From Octopus vulgaris (taxonomy: Eukaryota): a stretch of DNA of 64,000 bases. The position numbers were made by a program, and so were the translations under genes. The notes under the pieces are model-generated. The model saw only the letters and a program-made list of their open reading frames with translations. It was not told the origin of the DNA and did no database searches. Location of the stretch: NCBI GenBank assembly GCA_951406725.2, contig OX597830.1, positions 12,524,001-12,588,000 on the forward strand. The letters are read 5' to 3'. Positions 1 to 15,129 of this stretch are shown here, one piece after another (within the stretch, counting starts at the first letter, position 1; every line of letters starts with the position of its first letter).

Positions 1-1372
1 GAACTTCTGAACGGAGCACAAATCCAGGTCGTGGTGGAAAGCAGGAAACCGAGATTCCACACTTACGGGTCTCGCATTTGAATGCCCTCTGTCCACAATA
101 ACGACAAACACTACCGCCACTACAAGTACTGCATCCAAAAAACCAAAAGTTGCAGCAACAATCCCTGCAACAACAACAACCTATGAAGCAACAAGCTCAA
201 CAGCAGGATTATATCACAACAACGACACCGACAGCTATTGCAGCGGAAACAAACAGCGCTCAACCATCCCTACAGATTGGCGATAGAAATATACCATTTA
301 ATCCTGAAACTGTGGATTTAGAAACCTTAGTTTGAGAAGGAATTGAATCTGTCACAAAAGACTTATGTCGGAGAAAAAAAAACGAATGAACGGTTAAAAA
401 AAGGCCGTCCTAACTTACAATTAATCACCTACGTTAACACCAGCACTGACACATTCACCAAGATCCTAACAAAAAAAACCACGATAATAGACACAAAAGA
501 AAGCACAAAAATGATGAAAAACAACAACAATCACAACTCATGTAGCTGAGTACAGAACTTGAATTTCTTATCAACTTCACAATTGTTCGCAAGTGCAACC
601 GCGAGCTAATGCCGGAAATAACGAGTAACACAAGCATTCTTACAAAAGAGTAGGGCTCAACGAACTTTTATCGAAAACTCCCCGTGACAGACAATTAATA
701 AAAACGGGGATTTGGAGAAGCAGATCGAAGCTGTCGGACGGCGTCGTTGAACGTTGGACTGACGCTTCAGTTAAACTACTCTGGGTGGTTCGAGCTTGAC
801 CTCCAGATAGATAAGAACTGTAACGAGGTGACGAACAAGATAGTCAGTCTTAACTTGAAATAAGCTGAGAGGAAGTTATCCCTAAAAGGTCGAGTAGCGG
901 TGGCGAATACCTACATCGCTTTCATCATTTATCGTCCAACCGTCGTGTCCTGCCGAAATGTTCCAACAGCCAGGCGGTCAGTCTGCTGCCAGTTGCCGAT
1001 CCGTGGCGGCTTAGGCATGCTGTGGATTCTGATACGCAGACACATGCTCTGGTTGCACCATGTACAACGGTGAGTGTCTGTGGGTTCCGCTGTGAAGCAA
1101 GTCTTTCCACAGCACATCTCCTTGACAAACTGCAGTCTTGACCGAAGAAAAGACAAAGACTGGGTGCCTTGCACCTAGGATGTCATCAGACATTCACAGC
1201 CCTCTGCCAGTCGGGCAATGGGATCAGTCGATCTTCCACTTTAGTGATATATAGAATATTAGTGATAGAAAAGTATAAGGACGTTGTCGGTGAGACTCTG
1301 GGCGTCAACGAAAACGAGCAGGCTAGTCTGTTCCGAAGTACTTTCCTGTGGGAGACTACCATGGACATTTCC
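1..1372 (+). mobile_element. Degraded Tx1/L1-clade LINE (ORF1 and ORF2 C-terminal remnants)
   Basis: 876-920 reads LSLKGRVAVANTYIA, preceded by a GxWF..DLQIDKN-like segment, typical of the post-RT region of L1/Tx1 ORF2. A Q/T-rich ORF1-like region lies upstream. Many frameshifts. Confidence 0.65.
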
Positions 1373-1549
1373 TGCTTTCTTGTAACTGTTGTACACTATG
1401 TATACTTCTATTCCTTGTTTCACTGTATACCGGGTATACTTTGTATGTGTGTGTGTGTGTACGTGTGTGTGCATGTATAAAATTTATCGATTACACATAG
1501 ATTGTGTATGTGCTTTGTTTATAAGCCTAATTTCTGTGGAACAACGTCT

Positions 1550-2060
1550 GGGATAGTTCCCTGAACAGCGCTGAAATGCTAAAGAACACCTGAATATCAT
1601 AGACTAAGCGAGATGACTCGCCCCGTATCGAATTCAGAAGGCGAAATATCAGTATCTCCGATATTCCGCCATTATTGACACCACGCATCTGAATTGAACT
1701 GAGATGAATCACTCTACTGGTCTATGACTTATATACATATAGAGTGAAATCCATTTTGCTGATGTCTCGCGGTTAAGGTACATGTGAAAGTAAATGACGA
1801 ATTGAAAGCAGTTACGGTAATGTAAACATTCTCGATTGCACATACATCGTGTATGTGCTTTGTTTATGCGCAATAGAGTCTAGGATAGGCACATCAGCAA
1901 ATAGATTCCACTCTATTTGTATATAAATCATATACCAGGGGAAGGATTCGTTTCGGTTCCATTCAGGCACGTGGTATTAATAAGCCATAATCATTACAAA
2001 ATATTGGTATCCATGATATTCAAGTATTCTTTAACACCCAGCGTTGTCCAGAGAGCTATT
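1550..2060. repeat. Old imperfect fold-back (inverted repeat) element
   Basis: 1550-1765 is the approximate reverse complement of 1890-2060 (e.g. tatatacatatagagtgaaatccattttgctgatgt vs acatcagcaaatagattccactctatttgtatata). Confidence 0.7.
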
Positions 2061-2309
2061 TAGGGGTCGATCAAATATGTGACATTTGAGCAATGGAATT
2101 GATGTATACTCAGCCGAAGTATATAGCAGAAAGGATTACCATTATTATTTGTTTGAGCATACCAAAACTATTGCGTATCTTCAAATGCTTTACTCACCGA
2201 ATGAAATAAACTATCAGTCAGGATTCTTTTATTTTTTACTTGTTTCAGTCATTAGACCCCAACACCGGTTGTAAAGCGGTGGTAGGAGACAAACATAGAC
2301 ACAACATCA

Positions 2310-2667
<358 letters not shown>

Positions 2668-2872
2668 CGACGGGGTTCTTTCAGTTTCCGTCTACTAAAT
2701 CCATTCACAAGGCCAGAGAGTGCTCCAAAGCAATAACAACAGTCAACTACAAAAACGAAAACAAACACAAAAGCACCAGAAAAGATCGTAGAGAAGAGCA
2801 ACGGTAGCAACAAAGTCACGGCGACTACAGGAATTAGTCAGAGAGAGCAACAGCTTACAACAGTGCTGCTAC

Positions 2873-2991
2873 CATCACCACCACCACCACCACCACCGCC
2901 ACCACCACCACCGCCACCACCACCGCCACCACCACCACCACCACCACCGCCACCACCACCACCGCCACCACCACCGCCACCACCACCACCA
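2873..2991. repeat. (CCA/CCG)n trinucleotide repeat
   Basis: Direct reading; source of the poly-P and poly-G ORFs. Confidence 0.97.
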
Positions 2992-3321
2992 CATACGTTA
3001 ACAATAAAAGCAAAGCATAATAATACCAATAATAACACGTCCTGGGTGAGGCATGAAACTGCGCCCGGTTGTGGCGTCACGGCGTGGGAAGAACACGATT
3101 ACCCTCAACCACAACTACCATTGGGCAAAGTGTAATACCTGTGAGTATAGTACCCACCCCCGAAACCTAGAAATATCAGGCTGGCTTCTGGCTCAAGAGT
3201 ACAGTAGAAGACACTTGCCCAAGTTACACCCCAGTGGGACTGAACCCGGAACCACGTGGTTGGGAAGGGAGCTTCTTACGACGCAGCCAATTGCAAAGAA
3301 AATACATATACTCTCTCTTTA

Positions 3322-3723
3322 CTCTTTACTTGTTTCAGTCATTTGACTGTGGCCATGCTGGAGCACCGCCTTTAATCGAGCAAATCGACCCCGGAACTTA
3401 TTCTTTTGTAAGCCAAGTACTTATTCTATCGGTCTCTTTTGCCGAACCGCTAGGTAACGGGGACATAAACACGCCAGCATCGGTTGTCAAGCAATGCTCG
3501 GGGGACAAACACAGACACACAAACACACACACACACACACACACACACAAATATATATACGACAGGCTTCTTTCAGTTTCCGTCTACCAAATCCACTCAC
3601 AAGGCATTGGTCGGCCCGGGGCTATAGTAGAAGACACTTGCCCAAGATGCCACGCAGTGGGACTGAACCCGGAACCATGTGGTTGGTTAGCGAGCTACTT
3701 ACCACACAGCCACTCCTGCGCCT
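3322..3723 (-). mobile_element. SINE family A (tRNA head, internal (TA)/(TG)n, 3' tail GACTGAAACAAGTAAA)
   Basis: Minus strand starts GGCGCAGGAGTGGCTGTGTGGTAAG...GGTTCAGTCCC (A/B-box-like). Near-identical copies at 47716, 49122, 60003 and 60639. Confidence 0.9.
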
Positions 3724-3828
3724 ATACTGTTTTTTTTTTCTAAGAGATACCTCTGTTTAAAACAAGAAGCAACTCCATAAATGTCAAAGTCTCTTTTAAT
3801 TACACACGTAAATAGTGAAGTATCTTAC

Positions 3829-3937
3829 CGTCTGATCAAATCTGGAATCTTGATAAGCATCACTTATGTTGATAGATTCGCCGGTAAGGAGAACTAGTTC
3901 AGGAATACTTCCTCCAATATTACATGTGTCTTCTTGT
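3829..3937 (-). CDS. PDE exon (GAF-B)
   Basis: 109-nt exon, phase 2 in (matches the upstream exon), gtaaga donor, encoding QEDTCNIGGSIPELVLLTGESINISDAYQDSRFDQT (TGE.INI.DAY.D.RF GAF motif). Confidence 0.9.
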
Positions 3938-4362
3938 CTGTTAACGATAGCAAACGTGAAATATCTTTCAGTAAAAACAGTTCAATATTTTGAGAGTTTT
4001 AATTGTAATTAGTTGTAAGAAATAGATGGAGAAATTTCTGCATACATGTTTGACTCAAAGTCGATCTGACCCATTCTGTAAGCACAACTTACAGTCTGTA
4101 TTATTCTCCAACTCACTCAAGTACTTGCATGGCAACGATTCTCTTCATTACACGCATTTTATAAATCCAGCTTGAAGATAGGTAAATGCATGCTTAAAAT
4201 ATTGGCATAGGACACGTATCATGCAATCTAAGCACATCATTAAAATGGTTTCCATTATACATACAAAAAATGGGACAAGAGCGCAAGAGATGACAATAAA
4301 GCATCCGGACAGATAAATGATACAAAAACGGACAGGAAAAGACAAGAAACACACACGCACTC

Positions 4363-4395
<33 letters not shown>

Positions 4396-4528
4396 TGTAT
4401 GTATGTATGTATGTATGTATGTATGTATGTATGTATGTGTGTATGTATGTATGTATGTATGTATGTATGTATGTATGTATGTATGTATATATATATATAT
4501 ATATCTTTGACTTCTGGCCGAAATCAGA

Positions 4529-4740
4529 TCGCCATGTTGATTCGCTAGCTTCTGCACGCATATTTTTTTTCTCTCCTTCTTTCTGTGTTTTTTTTTCTCT
4601 GTGTATCTTTCTGTTGAAGAGCGTAGGATCGAAACGTTAAAGACTTGTTTTATTTATATTTCCTGAGCGCCATACTAATACAATTGTTTGTTTGTATTCC
4701 ACCTGCCTTCGTCTTTTGTCTATTTTCATAAAGCTTCACG

Positions 4741-4742
<2 letters not shown>
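4529..4742 (+). mobile_element. ~200-bp element with HHR-like CUGUNGA core (copy 1 of 5)
   Basis: Starts tcgccatg. 4606-4643 reads tcttt CTGTTGA a gagc gtag gatc GAAA cgT T aaaga. Ends at (TA)n. Confidence 0.75.
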
Positions 4743-4782
<40 letters not shown>

Positions 4783-4985
4783 TGTACTTGTTTCAGTCAT
4801 TAGACGGCAGCCATGCTGGGGCATCAGCTTCAAGTGTTTTAGTTGGAACACATCGACCCCAGGATATATATTTAAAGCCTGGTACTTATTCTATCCGTCT
4901 CTTTTGCGGAACCGCTAAGTCACAAGGGTATAAACACACCAAAACCGATCGTCAAGCGGAGGTGGGGGGATAAACACAGACATAG
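4783..4985 (-). mobile_element. SINE family A, 3' half
   Basis: tacttgtttcagtcatt...ggtacttattctatc...gaaccgctaagt matches family A. Confidence 0.8.
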
Positions 4986-5051
4986 ACACGCACACATATA
5001 TACATACATACATATATATATATATGATTATATATACACACACAGTGTACC

Positions 5052-5400
5052 GGCTAGAAATAAGAGTCAAAACGACTCAAAGTAGCCTCACAGAGCACTA
5101 ACCCCATGAATTGACGATAAATGGGGGAGCAAGCTACAGCACCTTTCCATGGTTAGATGAACTCACAAAATTAAGCAAACAGACATAACCTTATACCATG
5201 ATCTCGGACTCTGGGGTACCAGTGAGTTCCTCTGATGAGAACTAAAATTATGATGACCAGAGTCCGAAAACACGTGAGGAGAATGTGTTTGTTTATCTCA
5301 CCATAGAAAGTTGATTTAGCTTGCTGCCCCGCTTTCCGTCAATTCATGAAGTTAGTGCTCTGAGTGGTTATTTTGTGTCTTTATGATTCTTATTTCTAAC
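5052..5400. repeat. Fold-back element with central degenerate hammerhead motif (5228-5280, +)
   Basis: Arms ~5052-5172 and ~5281-5400 are approximate reverse complements. Centre: tcct CTGATGA gaact...agtcc GAAA acacgtg agga. The cleavage triplet is GUG, so this copy is probably inactive. Confidence 0.7.
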
Positions 5401-5515
5401 AACTGCCTGTACTATATTGTACCTTAGTTTATTAACTTGCCTTTAAGTTTTAATTACTAACGAGCCACCTATATTATAACATGTGTAGTATATTTTTGAC
5501 ATATTAATATACTAT

Positions 5516-5517
5516 TG

Positions 5518-5553
<36 letters not shown>

Positions 5554-5654
5554 GGTGTCTGTATGTATATGTATATATATATATGTATATATATATATAT
5601 ACATATATATATTTGTGTATGTATATATATATATACATATATATATTTGTGTAC

Positions 5655-5697
<43 letters not shown>

Positions 5698-5738
5698 AAT
5701 ATACATATACATGTATATATATATACAAATATACACAT

Positions 5739-5787
<49 letters not shown>

Positions 5788-5807
5788 AATATATATATAT
5801 ACATATA

Positions 5808-5859
<52 letters not shown>

Positions 5860-6036
5860 TATGTATATATATAGATCCGTATGTGTGTAATGAAAAACAA
5901 AGCTGAAATAAGAAACATGATCAATAATACCTACTGCTGAGTGCATCAGTTTTAAAGGCAATGATAACAGGAAGATCATCAGCGATGCGTAACTATCGTG
6001 ACTAGATGATTGATATTGTACTATTGACAAAATGAC

Positions 6037-6118
<82 letters not shown>

Positions 6119-6286
6119 GTAAAAATAATAATGTTACTTCGCTGAAAACTAAAACAAATATTTCATTGGAATATTTGAATTGAAAAGCAAATATATTGAA
6201 AACATTTAACACCACACCCGATTCATTAACCTCTATACTGATGCATTCAATAAACATTTATGAAAACTATATATACTTATCCATCC

Positions 6287-6336
<50 letters not shown>

Positions 6337-6362
6337 GAGAGAGAGAGAGAGAGAGAGATAGG

Positions 6363-6424
<62 letters not shown>

Positions 6425-6525
6425 TAGATATATATAATAAAGATAGATACATATATACATAAATACATACATACATACATACACATATTTATATATATGG
6501 ATGTATATGTGTATACACATACATA
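5516..6525. repeat. Compound microsatellite zone: (TA/TG)n, (AAT)n, (TA)n(GA)n(AGAT)n
   Basis: Direct reading. Confidence 0.95.
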
Positions 6526-6531
6526 TGGGGT

Positions 6532-6954
6532 TAGCTCATCATTATTCGGTAATTTGATTGTATTTTAAAATTGTCGCTTCAAATCGGAAAATACTATGAT
6601 ATATTTCTGTATAGTTATTATTATACAATGAGTCTTCCATAGTAACTTTTTCTCCGTAATTTACAAAGCCTTTCGGGCTTGTTTATAAATACTATACGTA
6701 GAATTAGACAGTTTTAGTATATATTAACTAAATTTGACTGAAATCGAGGGGTAAGCGTTTGGCCAATCGGGTGTACAAGGAGCCATGTAATCGTTGATTA
6801 CTGGGTTCGATTCTGCCCGAGGTTTTGCTCATCATATTTTGATAATTTGTTTGTATTTAAAAATTGTCGCTTCAAATCGAAGAATAAATATTATTATGAT
6901 ATATTATTATACAGTTATATAGTAGCTTTCTCTCCGTAACTTATAAAGCCCTTT

Positions 6955-6957
<3 letters not shown>
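6532..6957 (+). repeat. Diverged direct duplication (~130-150 bp) separated by a tRNA-like segment
   Basis: gctcatcat...aaaattgtcgcttcaaatcg...tctccgtaa occurs at ~6535 and ~6826. A GGTTCGATTC B-box-like motif lies at ~6804. Confidence 0.7.
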
Positions 6958-7010
<53 letters not shown>

Positions 7011-7093
7011 AGGTCCCGGGTTGAGTCAGGGTTAACCACAGTAAATAAGGTACTCAATACATAGCAGAGTAAATTAATTTATTTTACAGAAGG

Positions 7094-7144
7094 AGCTTCT
7101 ACAGGACTAGAACTGTTTCATTCAAATGAAATCATCAGGAAGCT
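7094..7144 (-). ncRNA. Type I hammerhead ribozyme motif with complete core
   Basis: Minus strand: agcttc CUGAUGA u uuc auuu gaa u GAAA cag uucuaguc cug UA gaagcu. Perfect 6-bp stem I, 4-bp stem III, GUA cleavage triplet. Confidence 0.8.
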
Positions 7145-7158
7145 TGGTGTCAAGAATA

Positions 7159-7207
<49 letters not shown>

Positions 7208-7362
7208 TGTATCTATAAAGAAAAGTAGGTAGTCAGAATTATGCACTTCCTTTTAGAGAATCATCATGAATGGCATTTTTATAGAAAAATTTACATTTTG
7301 TATATATGTGAGTTAGTTATATATGTGAGAATGTTCTTTTCTAATTTTTAATCTATAGCTGA

Positions 7363-7398
<36 letters not shown>

Positions 7399-7723
7399 GT
7401 ATGTATGTGTATGTGTGTGTGGTGAATTTTTGGAGGCGTGTTTAGAGGAAAAAAGAAAAATGAGAGAAAGAATGAATCTAAGTAAGAAAGAATGAATCTA
7501 AGAAAGAAAGAATGAATCTAAGAAAGAAAGAATGGAAGAAAGTTATAGAGAAAGCGATCATTTTCCGAGATTATTGAATTTGTATTTTATTCGTATTATC
7601 AATTGTCAATTTTCCCGGCTGTAAGAAATTATCTTTTTCTGGGATGGATGAAGTGACGAAGTTGTTGACACTTCAAGATCTCACTCTTGCTTAAGTTATT
7701 ATTTTTCTGTTGTCATGTTATCC

Positions 7724-7787
<64 letters not shown>

Positions 7788-8102
7788 CTGTATGTCATTA
7801 TTCAGTTTATTTCGAGATTTCTTGCCAATAGAGAAAGAATCTAACCTAGATTCAAGGCTCCTTCATTAGAATTTCAACATCAACAACAGAGTATTTTTGT
7901 ATGTATGTATGTATGTATGTATTTTTGTATGTATGTATGTATGTATGCATGCATGTATGCATGCATGTATGGATGCATGTATGTATGTATGTATGTATGT
8001 ATGTATGTATGTATGTATGTATGCATGTATGTGCAGATTTGTATGTTTTATGTATGTATTCTCATGCATATAGTTGCATATCTAGACATGCGCATATATA
8101 TT

Positions 8103-9590
<1,488 letters not shown>

Positions 9591-9648
9591 TATGTATTAT
9601 GCATGTATGTATGCATGCTTGTAATATATATGTATGTATTTATGTATG

Positions 9649-9695
<47 letters not shown>

Positions 9696-9794
9696 ATATA
9701 TATATACATATATAGGTAGATATATATATATATAGATAGATAGATAAAATGCACACAGACACACACATATATGTGTGTGTGCATATATATATAT

Positions 9795-11061
<1,267 letters not shown>

Positions 11062-12189
11062 CATACATACATACATAAACACACAGACACACACACACGT
11101 ATACAATCTTTCCTTTATTGCTTGTGGTCATTAGACTGCACTCATGCTCACCTCTAACTGCAAGAGTTATTATTCGATCGTATCGAATTTTACTTGCGGG
11201 TACCACTTATTGTACTTATCGAATTTTTTATGTTCACGTCATGAATCGCTGAGCGTTTTTACAATTCACAAACGCACATACATAAAACCTCACATACCAG
11301 AGACAGGCACATACACTGACGCATACGTTTAATGTTTTGTTTGTTTCGTATATGCTTCTTGAATGACTAACATTCAAGTAATTCTAACAAATTGTAAAAT
11401 GAGTAATTTATATTCCGATTTCCGTTTTAAAATTTTTTATTCCTAGCTTTTGTAAAGATTATCATACAAATTATATTGTTGTATGAATGAACAATGAATA
11501 TAATTTTAACACATGTTACTTATAAATTCTGAGCCAAAACTTCATGCTTATTACTCGCTTATTTTCTATTAACAAGAAAATATAAACATTATTCATAAAA
11601 GATGCATTTATAATCTACAAAGTACAATTTATGTACATGGCTGGAATAAACAAGATTCATTTGTTGTCAATGTTTAACTTTCACAGCTTGAAAACAACAG
11701 TAAAAGGATTCTCCGGTTATGTGGAAGGAAAGTCAGTTATATTGCCTAGTTAACGTGGCTGTATTATTAGAACACCGAATACTGCAGTATTCACCTTGAG
11801 AGATACTCTCATATAGGCGCACGGTACTAAAGGCACAAGCATATATCGATAGCAGGCGAGACCGTCTGGCATGGGCACCGGTAACTGCCAGATCATGTGA
11901 TTTCAGTGTACTCGCTGCATGCCAGCCAAATCTAATTGCAAAAGAAAAATAGAATAATATTCATTGATGTTACAAATATCAAGTAGGCTTATCATAAATA
12001 AATATTTATACCGAATACTGCGATAAATATTGCCATTCGATATTCATATTGTTTCCGTAACTAATATTTCTCTGTTGATAGAACGGAACTGTTTTATTTC
12101 ACAGAAAAAAACATTACGTGATTTAGACATACAGGTATTCATATTCATACCGGTTTCAGCTCTCATTTCCGCATACAAGTAATATACCT

Positions 12190-12420
12190 ATTTCTTTACT
12201 ACCCACAAGGGGCTAAACACAGAGGGGACAAACAAGGACAGACAAACGGATTAAGTCGATTAAATCGACCTCAGTGCGTAACTGGTACTTAATTTATCGA
12301 CCCCGAAAGGATGAAAGGCAAAGTCGACCTCGGCGGAATTTGAACTCAGAACTTAACAGCAGTCGAAATACCGCTAGGCATTTCCCCCGATGTGCTAACG
12401 ATTCTGCCAGCTCGCCGCCT
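12190..12420 (-). mobile_element. SINE family B (tRNA head plus conserved central domain) with 17-bp TSD
   Basis: GGCGGCGAGCTGGCAGAATCG...GTCGACTTTGCCTTTCATCCTTTCGGGGTCGATAAA, which resembles the Meta/MESC-type SINE core (from memory). TSD atacaagtaatatacct at 12173 and 12422. Confidence 0.88.
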
Positions 12421-12840
12421 TATACAAGTAATATACCTGGGTGCTTGTGTGTCAAGCTTCCGCTGTTTCTATCTACCTACATTCTCTAGCATGTTGCCCA
12501 CAGCTAAATGTGATAATAACTTCAAATATTGGTACAAGGTTGTAGCTCTTTTGAGGCGGATGGGGAAGAAATAGTCAGTTGAAACACTACATGATACACA
12601 TACATCATATATTATCGGCCCGGAGGAAAGGCAGACAGAAATTCAACACAGACCCAGTAAGCTAAATAGCAAATTACAGAATCTGAAAACTGTCAACATT
12701 TGAGTTCTAGTCTCGATTGCTTCTACCGTTTGATTGTTTTAATAAAAGATAGTTTCAAATGCAAGGTTATACCTTTTTAAATAAATATACAATATCAAGC
12801 TAAAAGGAAAGCAGTGTTTACACGACAGGTTTTATCTCTC

Positions 12841-12890
<50 letters not shown>

Positions 12891-13084
12891 CAAGAAAAGA
12901 AGGATAAATTCTTCTCAGACCTTCCTGAGAGGAAAACTGACAACCTTCTGTCCACAGTGTGATTAATAAGTTATAGTTACCTATAATCTTCAGAAACTGG
13001 CCTTTTAAAGTTTCAGAATATTGAATGTGCTGACATATTAGATTACTTAATTCATTATAATGTACTACACAGTATATTTAAACA

Positions 13085-13448
13085 GTGGAGGCGCAATGGC
13101 CCAGTGGTTAGGGCAGCGGACTCGCGGTCGTAGGATCGCGGTTTCGATTCCCAGACCGGGCGTTGTGAGTGTTTATTGAGCGAAAACACCTAAAGCTCCA
13201 CGAGGCTCCGGCAGGGGATGGTGGTGATCCCTGCTGTACTCTTTCACCACAACTTTCTCTCACTCTTACTTCCTGTTTCTGTTGTACCTGTATTTCAAAG
13301 GGCCGGCCTTGTCACACTCTGTGTCACGCTGAATATCCCCGAGAACTACGTTAAGAATACACGTGTCTGTGGAGTGCTCAGCCACTTACACGTTAATTTC
13401 ACGAGCAGGCTGTTCCGTTGATCGTAGTAACCGACGGAGTGCTTCCAT
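13085..13448 (+). mobile_element. SINE family C (tRNA-derived, Arg-like head)
   Basis: GGAGGCGCAATGGCCCAGTGGTTAGGGCAGCGGACTCGCGGTCG...GGTTTCGATTCC head. Flanked by a tttaaaca direct repeat. A 3' half is also present at 43205-43415 (minus). Confidence 0.85.
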
Positions 13449-13589
13449 GTTTAAACAACTATGAGTGTCAGGTAAGGAATTTCTTTCCTTAGCTTCATGG
13501 TAAAATGTAAATGTTACACCATTGGTTTTTACCTTTCCATGAATAGAAAGAGGTTGGATCGATATAACTGTCTTCTAGTCTCTTTACAC

Positions 13590-13807
13590 CAGTGTATGGA
13601 CCCTCATAGCAACTCGATGTATTAAATACTATATTTTTATAGTTAAATATCATTAGAAATTGTATTTAAAAAATTGTAAAAATATTTTGTGTATTGTAGA
13701 AGTATAACTAATTTATTGCAGATAAATTTTAATAACAAAATATTATATGGGATCTCAAGGGCCATATGGATCCTAAGGGTCATATGGAGTCCGGTTGAGA
13801 GCCAGTG
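13590..13807. mobile_element. hAT-like MITE
   Basis: Starts CAGTG, ends ...ggttgagagccagtg; 8-bp TSD ctttacac at 13582 and 13808. Confidence 0.6.
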
Positions 13808-15046
13808 CTTTACACTTTCATCAGAAAGAGATTCGTAACTCCTAGCTATTTAAAGAGTATGTAAATATAGGACTAGTTTAACTGGACGACACTTTTGCCT
13901 AATACTGCATGTATTGGTAATGTAAGTTGATGAATATGCAGGGCACTAAACGGGGTTCTTGACTAATTGAAATTTAATCGAAAATAATTTTTCTTCTGGC
14001 TAGATAGTTTCTAAGAAGACTAAAAAATCACTACTTCTGAACGAAGAAAGATTAGATCTGTAGTGTAAACACTTTCGTTTTTGTTCATAACAAGGCTAAA
14101 ATTGTATGTTTATTTTAAAAAGTATATTTTATATAACATTACAAATTAACCAAAGTGAATGCGTAGAACTCAATAAATTCATTGATAATAATAAGATGCT
14201 TTGTGATATAAAGAAATGTTTTGGCAAAGTGAGATTAAGGAACGGCTTCATTCTCCCTGTCTAGCAATTTTGCGTCTATAAAGCATTATTGTTTCGCAAA
14301 CGTGGTCGCGAAAATGTATGATCAAACTGTCTACTTCCAATAAAGTGTTGCAATTAGTTCAGTACTCTTTGTCCCACTCAAGTGAAGAGTACAAGTAGGA
14401 CCCAGTTTAAACCACGGTCTCCTTATACGCAAGAATTTAAAGAATTTAAATCTCAAAAACCATCTATTTCAAATAATTGAATTTTATAATTTAGCGGAGA
14501 AAGTTTAAATAAATGACTGAAAATGTCGCTTTATAGATACATTTTTTAAAAATTCAAATCTCGCTTTTCACACATCCACTTACAGTGTTTGGTTTTTTTC
14601 ATTGTGAAAAGTACAATAAGGGAGAGAAGAGAGGGGTAGGAGTTTTTTTTTCTTTTAATGAGAGTTATATGTTTCAGAATATAGAAGAAGAGAAAATGAC
14701 AAAATTACGAAAAAGAAAAAAATCCCTTTTGTGGTTGTTGCTGTGCCAAAGGCATGATGACTGTGTGTATGAGAGAGAGAGAGAGGAAGAGAGAGAAAGG
14801 AGACAGAGAGAGAGAGATGGGTAGAGACAACAACGGGGAAATTCAAACAGCTATTTCCGAAAGTCTGTTTTCCCAGTTTCCAGTAAGAGTAGGTTAGATA
14901 CAATGAGTAATATTGGTTATAAAGTTCCCTATAAATATAATAGAATATTTTCCAGTAAGACAGTTAGAATCTCGTATTCTACCATCCCCAATATAGGTAC
15001 CACCATAGCCAGGATAAACAGAAAGAACATAAAATCATCAAGAGGG

Positions 15047-15123
<77 letters not shown>

Positions 15124-15129
<6 letters not shown>

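Noticed and set aside
13085-13160. tRNA-like sequences (also at 28605, 28861, 46852)
   Set aside because: They lack a proper acceptor stem and continue into repeat bodies; these are SINE heads, not tRNA genes.
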